From IMG/VR virus record IMGVR_UViG_3300020042_001691, positions 1 through 54,833 of that record: a stretch of DNA of 54,833 nucleotides. The stretch is one strand, 5' to 3'. The translations under genes and the position numbers were made by a program. Positions within the stretch are counted from its first letter, which is position 1, and each line of letters starts with the position of its first letter. This stretch comes from a virus. Its lineage: Duplodnaviria; Caudoviricetes. Below are positions 17,975 through 28,295 of the stretch, piece after piece. The notes beneath the pieces were generated by a model. That model made no database searches, was not told the origin of the DNA, and worked only from the letters and a program-made list of their open reading frames with translations.

Positions 17975-18161
17975 CGAACCGGAGTGGCTATTCCCGTTTG
18001 AGGTAATGGAGGTGGGTGAAAGCTTTTTCATCCCCACCATGAAGCCCGCCTACATGACCTATGCCGTAGAGAACGGAGCCAAACGAGCCCAAGTCAAAGT
18101 CAAGGTCTACATCAGGACTGAGAAAGGGCTGCTTGGCGTCCGTATCTGGAAGGTAGGTTAG
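17949..18161 (+). CDS. Small conserved protein, possibly DNA-binding (70 aa)
   Basis: FPFEVMEVGESFFIP...GVRIW pattern; last gene of the + arm. Confidence 0.7.
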   Translation: MNNPEPLLNEPEWLFPFEVMEVGESFFIPTMKPAYMTYAVENGAKRAQVKVKVYIRTEKGLLGVRIWKVG

Positions 18162-21100
18162 CGTTCTTCTAGTTCACCAAGTTGATTGAAGACAGATACG
18201 AGGCTACGCTTGATTGTGTTTTGCACGGGTTGCAACTGATCAAGCTGCTCTTTCTTCTCTTTTGGTGTCGTCTCTCTGTTTGTTCTGATGTCGTTCATAA
18301 TTCCGCGAACATCACGCAAGGCTTGATTTGTAGATGCGTTGTAGAACTCAACCAACGCCATATCCATAGGATGAGCATCGAGGTACTTATCTAGTGCTAC
18401 AGGATTCTTCTCAAGGTTTTTTAGCCTTGCCTTGATGGTCTCAATCTTCTTCTCAGCCTCAGAGAACTTCCTAGAGTCGTAGTTAGATGGTGCGCCAACG
18501 AAGCTGTCCAAGATAAGAGTGTCGCGGCGCATGTCGAAGTCTTTCTCACCTTGAAGAGTCAACTTCCAGTTGTAGGCAGTGGTGATAGCGCGGGCCAGAC
18601 CATCTACGTAGTTACTTGCCCCGAAGTACAAGACGTTTGGAGAGACCGAAACTCCAGTAGCCTCGAACAACTCTACTGCCGCATCTTTGTACGCTTGAGG
18701 AATGTTGTCGCCGCCAGTGTACGGAGATCCCGCTGCACCCTGACCCTGCCTATTGTTGTAGATATCCCTACCCAGACCATCCTTGTTCATTGCGAACTCA
18801 ACCAACGGACGGAACACCGATGGCACTGCGGTGTCAATCATGAAGTTGACTGGGGTGTCGAAGAACGACATCCGCGACACAGGCAGCGGCAAGAAGGTAT
18901 CAAGCGACGTACCGACGATGTTAGACAGCATCTCAGTCGGTTTTGAGTTGCCGTTCACCATAGTAGCAACCTGCGACCCTATGGATGCAAATGCGCCCAG
19001 ACCAAACCCCCAAGGAATCTGAATAGCGTTGTCGTTTCCGAAAACAAAGAACCGCGCATAGCGAGTCCACCGCACAGAGTCATCCGTAGCAATCTTATTG
19101 CGATCAGCCTCGTCGTTATCCGACATCAGCAGCGCCATCATGTACGTGGTGTACCCCAGACCAAACAGCCCTGCGGTCATTGCAGCGGTGCTACGTGCTT
19201 GCTTTTGGGTCTTGGCTATCGCCTTCTGTATATCTGCCTCTGTCGCCTTTGTGCCCGTAGCTTGAGCCTTAAAGCGTTCTTTGAGATCTTCTGAACTCTT
19301 AAAGAGGTCAAACGCAGGGCGCAAAGCATCAATCGCCCGAACCGCACCAGTAGCAGCAGGGCGGAAGAACATGAACAGCGCACCCGCTTGCTTGCCCCAC
19401 GTACCAACTTGCTCGAAGTTGGCAAAGTTCTTGGCAGTTTCGACTGCACGGGTCTTTGCGTATGCCCTAGCTTTTTCGCCTGAGAAGCCCTTTTCTTCGG
19501 CTTCTTTCATGTAGATCTTACTCAGTACACGGTAAGAAGCTGTGCGGCTCGCCAACTCAAACATGTCGGTGTAGATGTCAAAGAAGTTGGTAATAGCCTC
19601 CTTGGATTGGAGAATAGGGCCATTGACCTTGATCTCTTTCATCAACTCATTGAGCTTGCCCTTGGCTGCGATACCTTGCAGATAAGAGACTCGACCACCT
19701 TCTTTGAGGTACTCAAGCATGTCATGCACAAAGGAGTCGCCCTTTGCCAACTGCGCGGCGGCGTAGGCTTCAGCCTCGGCAGTCTTGTTCTGGGTAAGAA
19801 GCATTGAGATCTTGCCAGCTTTGTAGATGCCGTTTGATGCGACTTGAAGAGAAACCTCACCAATCAACTGTGCAGACTCCCTAGGACCAAACTCGGCCCC
19901 CAGCGTATAGGCATTGGTAAGTGCATCGCGCACGAAGTTCATTGGCGTAAAAGCCAAGTTAAACCGTGTGTGCATCTGCCCGACAAAGCCTGTAATTGCA
20001 TTGGCCTTCTCGATCAGGGGGTTGGACTCCCGCCATGTGCGACGGATTGCCTCAGCTTCCTTACCAGAGTTAATCTTGATTACCGTGATGTCGCCGTTCT
20101 TTTCGTAGTGCAGAACGATCTTTTCGCCAGTGGCTTCACGCTTGAATTCCTCTGGGTTTTTCATCCGCTGTTCAAAGGTAATTCGCTTGGTGGCATCCCC
20201 GTTCAAGATCTTATCATTTACGGCGTTCTTGATAGAAAGCGTGTAGTCACTACGCCCAAGGCGTAGAGCAGAGCGAGCGCCATCAGCCAAAGTTTGCAGG
20301 AGGACGTTCTCAGACTCAGACTTACGGCCACCGAAGCCATACTCCATTTCTTGAAGATCACCACCGACTTTGGTTGGTTCAAGGGTGAAAGTTTTATCTG
20401 CCTCATCTCCACGACCTTTGAGTGGGACGTAGTTTTGCCATCCGTTAAAGGCAACACGGTTCTCTACACCCGGAGACCAGTAGTTAGCATACTTGTTGAT
20501 CTCGTTGGTGGCTTCTTGATACTTCCGCAAAGACTTTGCCAGTGCTTCCAATTTGGGAATATCGAACTCCCCATTGTCAGGATCAAACCCAGTTTGAAGA
20601 TTTGCAAGTTCTCCCGGTGTCAGAGGAGCCACATCATACTTAGATGATTGCGAATCAAAATACAAAGCTTTCTGCTCTGGGGTATACAGCACGCCCTTAC
20701 TGTCAACTGTGGCGTAGTTGGTTTTATCAAGAACAATCTTATCGAGCATCTTCCGGTACAACTTAGCCGTAGCTGGAGTGGTCGCAGGGTTGTCCAGACT
20801 GGCAAAGATTTCTATCCGCGCCTGTGCCGCCGAGTACGACTTATTGCCGATCTTGATGGCCGTTTTCTTTGCGTCGTCCAGTGGAACGTCGCGCAAGAAC
20901 TTGACCGCTCTACGCTCTGGTTCGTGCAGCATCAGCAGATAGGCATGGATAAGCTGCAACGCTTTAGGTCCGTCTACCTTTTGCGTGGTCGCAAACTCTT
21001 TCACTTGCTGATGGATGTCGTTCTCCATCGCGGCGAGCCTGTACTTGAAGATGTTGTAAGACCTACCGCTAGACAGAGTTGCCTGAGTCCAGATGTTGTT

Positions 21101-23501
21101 GATCCCCTCACCAATATGCTCAATAAGGTTCAGTCGGTCAGCCCTGCGCTCGACATCCATGATTGGGCGCTGCGCGTTCTGGAAGACACGAATCAAGTCT
21201 GAGCCGATTTTGCCGCTCTTAGCCCACTCCCAGAACGAAGACTTCTCTTCTGTACCGACCTTCACCCTACTGATGATCTGCCCAAAGTCTCGGTCTGGAA
21301 TTGCAGTACCTGCGGGAGGCGCAGGGATTGTTGCCGCAAGAGGGCCAGTAGATGCTGCATCCGCCCTAGATGGAGAGAGGATAGCCTCGAAGACTGACAG
21401 GGTCTCAGCCATCAGGTTAGTACTGACGTTTTCGCCAGCCTTGTTGAAGAGTACCTGAGCCTCAGGCTGAAACATCCCCAAGAGGTTTGCTACACCACGC
21501 GCAAACTTCGACCACAAACTCAACTTTTCAGGGAGTGCCGTAGTGAATACGCCTCGCGGTTTACTTGGCTGTCCTTCCTGAATCCCCTTCGGAACCGTAG
21601 TCGCATTGGTGTCTGTATTAGCAAATTCTGTTTTGATGTTCTTCAACTCTTCTTGGAAGGCAGGATCAGTCATTGCATAAGAGACAAACTCATGCAAATC
21701 GCCGAAGGCCGCACCCCAAGATTTGTGAGAAAAGCCTGTCCTATGCTTTTTGGACAATGCTTTTAACGCCGAATCCATCACATCTTCAAGTTGCCCACAA
21801 GCATCTAGCTGGGCTTCAGTCAACTTACCCTTACCGTCAAGGTACTGGTCAATCACGCGAAGCGTGACTGCATGGATGATCTCATGCAGAACAAACTTTT
21901 CTTCTAACCCTTGAGCCGCAATACTGATGGTATCTGTCTTAGGATCGTATTCAGCAACACGACCATCTGATTCGTACTTCTCCGTTATAGGGTTATAAGT
22001 ACTGAACGTATCGACAAACTTGATCTTGCTGTTTACCCCAACAGACTGAGCAAGGCGAGCAATAACTCTGTAGCTTACATTGTCAGCTTTATCCGTCATG
22101 TACTTAAGTACGTTATAGATATTGCCTTCTTTGATGTCTTTAACAATAGCCTCAGGAAGCCGCTTAGGTTTCTTCGGCTCCTCTCTATACTTCAGAGAGT
22201 TGTTTTCAGGCTTTTCTCGCTTGCTCTCCCGTTCCTCGTAGAGCTTCTTACGCCTGTCATACTCGCGCTTCAAAAGCTCGGCGTCAGTTTCCCTATACCC
22301 TGTCTTAAGGGCGGGGTCTTTCTTTTCGAGGCGAGCCGCTACCTCTTGAAATGCAGCGGCGTGGTCTTCAGCGGTAGATTCCTTCAGAATAGTTTTTTCA
22401 GATTTCTCAAGTAGTGCCTTTGCCTTTGCATCAGTCTTTGCCCGTTGCTCGATGCTCTGAGTAATCGCTTCTTCAAAGATCTGTCTTTGGTCTTTAGAAA
22501 GCTGATCCCATGATGGGTAATCAACCTTATCAACCTTAGATTGAGCCACACGATTGCGCTCATAGATCCCGGCAACAGGATCGGCTTTAAGGTCAGCGGG
22601 GCGCCCCTGCGCCAAACGTATAGCTTGGGTATATGAATCAATCTTTGCAAGTGCGCTTAAAGTCTCCTCCTTTGTGGAGAAGTTTGCGGGCATTTGAGAT
22701 AGGAAAACGTCCTTCTGATCAATAGTAAGTTTTTGCCAAGGCTCTAGGGTAGTTCGTGACTTATCAAGTTGTCCACGCAGTTGTTCTCTAATGCGGTCAA
22801 GGATTTTTGATTCCTCAGCCGCATCTTTAGCAGGATCGTTTTGGTTTTGATACTCGTCACTGAAGAAGCCGTCTTTTGGTACGGCAACATCGTGGTCTTT
22901 CAAGAAATCATCAAGCGCGGCGGAATCCCAATCCATACCCGTAGGCAGCGTGCCCTTACTCGTATCCCTGAGAAAATTAACAATAGGCTGCTGCTTGGAT
23001 TTCCTATACTCCTCACGATGCTCGTTATAGAGTTTTGCGGCGCGTCGGTCTTCAGCTTCGATCTCTCTTAGACGATCTATGTGGGAAACTTCTGGTCGGT
23101 TTCCACTTGCTTCTTTCTCTTCGGTAGCCGCAACTAAAGGCTCATTAAACTTCTTCCATTTCTTTGCCGCTGCATCGGTGGCTTTTAAGCGGTTATGGAA
23201 CTCGGTTACTGACTCGTAGTCATCAATCTTGAGACCGTAATGCCCGGCGGCGGGCGCTATATTGGCAAGGAAAGTCTTTTGTGCTTCTGTACGCTTCTTT
23301 TTGGTAAACAGAGTCCTAAGCGCAGGATCTACTGGGATACGCGCAGCTTTAGGTCCGCTGGACCCTTCATCCTCTTCAGGTGGAGGGGCTAAAGAATCAA
23401 TAAGTCCCGAACGCTCTTCAGCCGCTTGTTCGCGTTCTGTAAGCTTTGGAGCCTTACCCTTCTTGGGCTTAGTTGGCGCAACAGGAGGTGCAGCGGGGGG
23501 G
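18158..23501 (-). CDS. Giant internal virion/ejection protein, C-terminal part (zincin HEIIH motif, LPD38-like C-terminus)
   Basis: The frame of ORF 18158..22936 stays open upstream to ~23503 with no start codon; joins the upstream ORF by a -1 shift at the C7 run. Confidence 0.8.
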
Positions 23502-25254
23502 CTTCAGGCGGTGGAGCGGGGGGAGTTGCTGCCTCAACGGGGGGAGTAGCGGCGGCTTGTGTATTTGCTTCGCCTGTCCCTAGGTCGTACCCTTGCGCCC
23601 TTAGATTTTCTTCCTCTGCTCTAGCGGCAGCTAATGTCGCGTTCCACTCAGCCTCCAGTGCAGCATCTTGCTCTGCTTGGGTTTGAGCCGCAGCATTTTT
23701 TGCAGCAGCAATCTGTTCTGAGGTGATCTCGGGAACATCTCCTAATGGATCGACTGCTGCTGCTTCTCCTCCAGCAACACCGCCAGCAGGAGGCTGATTT
23801 GCATCCAGTCCGCTTTCTCCAAGAACTCCAACTCCAGCGGCATCGGGTGGCTGTTGTCCTGCTCCAGCCAGTGCATCGCCTGTTCCAGTTGCGGTAGTGT
23901 CAACTCCAGCATTGTCTACTCCTGCTTCTACCAAAGCATTAGGGTCGATTGACGGAGGGGCGAGTTTCGCCGCTTCCTTAGCCGCCTCCTCAGCCGCCTT
24001 CTTCTCTTCCTTTGCTTTCTGCTTGCGCTCGGCTACCGCCGCATCAATAGCAGCTTTATCTTTCTTATACGCATCAAGCAATGGGTTGTACGTATTCTTT
24101 TTGAAGTCTGTTGACGCCGCCTGAGCAGCGGCGTGTGCGGCAAGTTGTTCAGGTGTCGCCGTCGCTGGGTCTGCTGGTTTTAGAGCCGCAGCCGCAGCCC
24201 TGAGTTCTTTGAGCTTACTGTTATATTCTGTGTATTGATCATGCGTGGCAAGGAGCCCGTCTCGATCAGCGAGTCGCTTCGCCTCTTCTTCTTCCTTCTT
24301 CTTCTCTGCTTCAAGTTGCTCTGCGGCTTTCTTGGTAGCAATGGCAGTTTCAGCCTTCGACATAGCCTGACGTTTCTCTATGGCATGGCCGGGGACAGCC
24401 ATGATGCCGCCCAGCACTGCGCCGCCAATGAAACTATCAAAGTATTCCTGACGGGCTTCTGGATCGTTGATAGCAAGGCCAGCTTGCACTCGTTCAAAGA
24501 CTTGCTGCATGGCTTCGGTAATACCTTCTCGGCCCGCAACCTTACCAGTAGCAAGAGCATACTCACCCAAAGTCTTCTTCAGACCTTGCTGGGCTATCGC
24601 TTGAAGTTGCGTCTCGGTCAGTTCTACCCCTGCCCTACCCAAGAGCCTACCCAGCCCCGGAATCATCCGCATGGAGAATGTATCGAGCAACGCTTGCGGA
24701 ATAGCCGCTGCACTCGCCGCCAAAAGATCAGTGTCTTTAAGAGCCTTGCCTTCTTGAACTTGGCGCGAAAGGTTTGATCCTGCGAATTGCGTTGCACTAG
24801 CAAGAGTACCCGCACCCGCTGCCGCGATACCAGTACCGACAGCACCAAGTCCAGCAAGCGGAGCACCCACCACAGTAGCCGCGCCAGCAGCAAGTGGTGC
24901 AACCATGTACGGCAAAGACTGCCCAGCGAGTTCTTTGATGTTAGCCCACGGAGATTCCCCGAAGCTTTCCTTAGTAGGCTTGAATACCCTAGCGGAAGCT
25001 GCTTCTTGCTCTTTGCGGTACTGTTCAGCCGCAGCCGTATCCATAAGACCCGCACGGCCAGCCAACGCTGCTATGTCACCCTTCAGTCCGTAGTAACCAG
25101 ACTTGACTGCTGGGATGAAGCCGCTTTCCGGTGGCGGTCCCGCTGGTGCGTAGAGGTCTGGGAACTTTTTTCGGGCTAATGCTTCAGCCTGATCATAGGA
25201 CATGTCATCAGGGACTTCGGCTGTACGCCCATCAGGTAGCGGGAAATACTTCAT
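23389..25254 (-). CDS. Giant internal virion/ejection protein, N-terminal part
   Basis: MKYFPLPDGRTAEVPDDM start, Gly/Ala hydrophobic helices, EGITEAMQQ motif; composition changes abruptly after EAPP at the C7 run. Confidence 0.8.
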   Translation of the reverse strand: MKYFPLPDGRTAEVPDDMSYDQAEALARKKFPDLYAPAGPPPESGFIPAVKSGYYGLKGDIAALAGRAGLMDTAAAEQYRKEQEAASARVFKPTKESFGESPWANIKELAGQSLPYMVAPLAAGAATVVGAPLAGLGAVGTGIAAAGAGTLASATQFAGSNLSRQVQEGKALKDTDLLAASAAAIPQALLDTFSMRMIPGLGRLLGRAGVELTETQLQAIAQQGLKKTLGEYALATGKVAGREGITEAMQQVFERVQAGLAINDPEARQEYFDSFIGGAVLGGIMAVPGHAIEKRQAMSKAETAIATKKAAEQLEAEKKKEEEEAKRLADRDGLLATHDQYTEYNSKLKELRAAAAALKPADPATATPEQLAAHAAAQAASTDFKKNTYNPLLDAYKKDKAAIDAAVAERKQKAKEEKKAAEEAAKEAAKLAPPSIDPNALVEAGVDNAGVDTTATGTGDALAGAGQQPPDAAGVGVLGESGLDANQPPAGGVAGGEAAAVDPLGDVPEITSEQIAAAKNAAAQTQAEQDAALEAEWNATLAAARAEEENLRAQGYDLGTGEANTQAAATPPVEAATPPAPPPEAPPLHLLLRQLSPRRVRLQSLQNANKRLKSVRDLLIL

Positions 25255-25256
25255 TT

Positions 25257-27866
25257 TTACGTCCCTTGTTGTACCAATGGTCCCGTACTACCCGCGCCCG
25301 CGCCACCAACAAAACCTAAATTTGCAATTAGATCAGGGCGCTTTATGGTCTGCAAATACTCTAGCTTCATCCTTCGTACCTCTGCGTTAAACGCTACTGG
25401 GTCTTTCAATAGCATCGCACCGCGAGAGGTCTTAGCAAAATTAGGTTCGATTTCACTTAGATCAGAGGCAATTCTGCTGTCATTTGCGGCTGAACGATCA
25501 GGCATTAGGTCTTTATACATCGCAGCAAACTTAGGATCACGCATTGCGGCATTGATAAGTTCAACCTGTGCTGGCGGTTTATTAGCTTGGTCCCTCGCCA
25601 CCTTAAGTTGTTCCGCGCTTATATTGAGCCCCTGCTGCTTAAGCGCCAACTCCATCTGGTCTATCTTAGCCTGACGCGCTTTCTCGGTTTCAGCCGCTGC
25701 CAGACCATACAACTTACCAGCTTTATCTTCCGAACCATCCTTCAGTGCTTGCTCATAGCGACGCATCTGCTTCTTGGATTCGCGGAGGGCTTTTTCCGAT
25801 TCAGTATTAAGCTTCCGCTGTTCAGCATCGGTCTTCAACCCTGCCGTCATGATCCCGCCCAAGTCCAAACCTTGTGCCTTGGAGCCAAATGCAGCCGCTG
25901 CCATACTAAAGAGAAGGCGCTTCTGATCCCCACCCTTAGCTTTCAACAGCGCATCGGATTCTTCCTTGACATCTGCTGCTTCCGCATCGAGGATGCCTTT
26001 ATTCTTTTCCATGCTCCTTCCAGACATAGCAGCAATCTGCGTCTCAATCTCCTCGGGGGTCTTTGCGGTGTAGCCCAGATCAGGCATATCCATCTTTGCG
26101 TACCCTAATCCCCTAGAGGAACTAGAAGCGGAGACAGAGCTTGGTCCACCGTCAGGCGCTGCTTGCCTATTGTCAGGTGCGGGTTGTGGAGCACCCTTAA
26201 GCTTCGACTGATCAACAGCAGCGGCAGCGGCAGGGAGTCCCGCTTTCGGTTCTGAAGTAGGAGCCGCAGGATCAACAACCCTAGTAGTTCTCCTAGGGTT
26301 CTTTACGGGATCAAACAGGTCTGCTATAGCCTGTCGCCGTTTCGTGGCGGCAGCTTGGCTTTCTTTAGAGAACTTATTGAATTTATTACCAATATCAGTG
26401 GGAATACCCGCGAGCGCAGGGAGTACTCTGTCGCCACCATAAGCAATTCCTTCAGACCTCTCAATCGGAGCCGGGAGAGGCGGCTCTTGTGCGCCTACTT
26501 GTTTCTGAAGGTCATTAACCATCTGCACATACTGGTTAATTGCTGCCATATCTCCCGACTGCGTTGCCGCAGCTAACTTTTTTTTCGCCTCTTCAAGGTC
26601 AACAAGACTTCCATTGGCAAACGCAACAATACCGCCCCCCGCCATCTGAGGCATAGGGCCAGCCGGGGCTGAACCGAGACCTTGCTCCATAGGAGGCATG
26701 GAAGCCGCACCGCGAATATCCTCTCGACGCGCCATCTCCATCTGGATTTCTTGCGCCATCTCAGGATGCGTTTGCATTGCCTGTTGAAGCTGCTCATCAG
26801 ACAGTTTCGAGAGGATCTCGCTGATATCCCCCGTCATACCACCGTCAGCGTAGCCAGCAATGCCACCACCAGCGTAACCCATAAGGCCACCATTCGCCGA
26901 ACCCGCACCCGCAGCGGTAAGGCCAAGTCCTGCTAAGGTATTCAAGGGACTCGTTGGGGCTTCATACATCTGCGTCTGGTTCCTTGAACCAATCGCAGGG
27001 TTCTTGATCAGGTCGCTCATGAAGCCCAGTTGCTTATAGGCGTAGTTCTGCTGATCCATGAAGTTCTGGTACGCAAGGTCATTCGCTCTTTGCGCCTGAG
27101 ATTGCTGCTGCGCCCCGTAGGTATTACGCAGCTTATTGATATCCATACCTTGCTGGAACTGCTGCCCACCAAGTTGTCCAAGCAACTGAGCAGCGTTTAG
27201 CCCCTGCCCTGCGCCGAACTGTCGAGACTGTTCCCGCGCCTGATCTGATGAGAGACCATACTGCGCCCGGAGTTGAGCGTCCTGCATCTGCCGCTGTTGA
27301 TCCAAGCCGAACATCCCCGCTGCTTGGTTAAAGGCATCGCTGTAGCCTTTGGCGTTGATGTCCGCCATGTTCTGAAGCGTGTTCTTCTCAGTCAGGGACT
27401 GCTGCAACGCGCCGCGAGTACCGCCAAAAGCTCCCTGCCCAACCGCTTTGGCAGCGTTCAGGTTCTGTGCTTGCATACCTGCACTAGCAGCTTCACGCAG
27501 TTGCGGAGCCAACGCACCTTCAAGGTACGGGTTCATGTACTGGTTGACATTCGCCCCCGTATACTGTTGAAGTCGGTTGTTGTACTGGTTCTGGAAATCT
27601 GCGGGGTTGTACTGCGCAGCCTGCGTAGCCATCTGCGTGGCCTGACCGATCTGCGGCGCAACGCTCATGTTTTGAGCGTCTGCATAAGACTGCTGCTGCA
27701 TCGGGTCAAAGCCCGCCAGCCTCTCGCCTCCGTATGCGACATACGGGTTCTGATTGATGTCAGTGAGCGCAGCCCCCTTGGCTAGGACATCCTTTGCATA
27801 GCCACGCGCCCATGCTGGGAGTTCTTGTGTCTGCGTTGTGTTTTTAGGTGAACCGCCGCCGCCCAT
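25257..27866 (-). CDS. Internal virion/DNA ejection (pilot-like) protein (869 aa)
   Basis: Gln/Ala/Gly-rich helical protein with YMNPY and GAFGGTR motifs and repeated xAxGG motifs; typical podovirus position. Confidence 0.7.
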   Translation of the reverse strand: MGGGGSPKNTTQTQELPAWARGYAKDVLAKGAALTDINQNPYVAYGGERLAGFDPMQQQSYADAQNMSVAPQIGQATQMATQAAQYNPADFQNQYNNRLQQYTGANVNQYMNPYLEGALAPQLREAASAGMQAQNLNAAKAVGQGAFGGTRGALQQSLTEKNTLQNMADINAKGYSDAFNQAAGMFGLDQQRQMQDAQLRAQYGLSSDQAREQSRQFGAGQGLNAAQLLGQLGGQQFQQGMDINKLRNTYGAQQQSQAQRANDLAYQNFMDQQNYAYKQLGFMSDLIKNPAIGSRNQTQMYEAPTSPLNTLAGLGLTAAGAGSANGGLMGYAGGGIAGYADGGMTGDISEILSKLSDEQLQQAMQTHPEMAQEIQMEMARREDIRGAASMPPMEQGLGSAPAGPMPQMAGGGIVAFANGSLVDLEEAKKKLAAATQSGDMAAINQYVQMVNDLQKQVGAQEPPLPAPIERSEGIAYGGDRVLPALAGIPTDIGNKFNKFSKESQAAATKRRQAIADLFDPVKNPRRTTRVVDPAAPTSEPKAGLPAAAAAVDQSKLKGAPQPAPDNRQAAPDGGPSSVSASSSSRGLGYAKMDMPDLGYTAKTPEEIETQIAAMSGRSMEKNKGILDAEAADVKEESDALLKAKGGDQKRLLFSMAAAAFGSKAQGLDLGGIMTAGLKTDAEQRKLNTESEKALRESKKQMRRYEQALKDGSEDKAGKLYGLAAAETEKARQAKIDQMELALKQQGLNISAEQLKVARDQANKPPAQVELINAAMRDPKFAAMYKDLMPDRSAANDSRIASDLSEIEPNFAKTSRGAMLLKDPVAFNAEVRRMKLEYLQTIKRPDLIANLGFVGGAGAGSTGPLVQQGT

Positions 27867-27869
27867 GAT

Positions 27870-28295
27870 TTATTCCTTAATACTTTTTTGATAGATAACA
27901 GAGTGCAGTTTGTAGTCTCTCGTGTTTGCTACTCTGCGCCATCCCGGACGACCAATAAACTCAATGCCGTCACAGCCTGCATCTTTTGCAAAGCGCTCTG
28001 TGTACTCTTGCATCTTGTCTTCAACGGACTCCATCGTTCCCGGCTCCATCGCGCAGTACTGAATTGTGAGGTACTTCGCCTGCGGGTACTCTTTTATTTC
28101 CGTAATGAAATGTCCATAGACTTTTTCTTGATCGAACACCACCCAAAGCTGCATTTGCCCTGTGATGATGAACCGGACAATGTCATCTACAGAAGACCGC
28201 CCCCCACTCCACTCTTCAGAGACCTTCAAATATGGCAGCACAGCCGCTACCGCATTCGTGATGTTCCCATTCAGGATGAGCGTGATGTCTTTCAT
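27870..28295 (-). CDS. GNAT-fold-like phage protein
   Basis: QLWVV...TEI..YP...FAKDAGCDGIEFIGRPGW pattern; sits among the ejection genes. Confidence 0.55.
   Translation of the reverse strand: MKDITLILNGNITNAVAAVLPYLKVSEEWSGGRSSVDDIVRFIITGQMQLWVVFDQEKVYGHFITEIKEYPQAKYLTIQYCAMEPGTMESVEDKMQEYTERFAKDAGCDGIEFIGRPGWRRVANTRDYKLHSVIYQKSIKE

Noticed and set aside
18158-22936. Independent gene starting at ATG 22936
   Set aside because: No good RBS, and the frame is open ~560 nt further upstream to the C7 run; better explained as the continuation of 23389..25254
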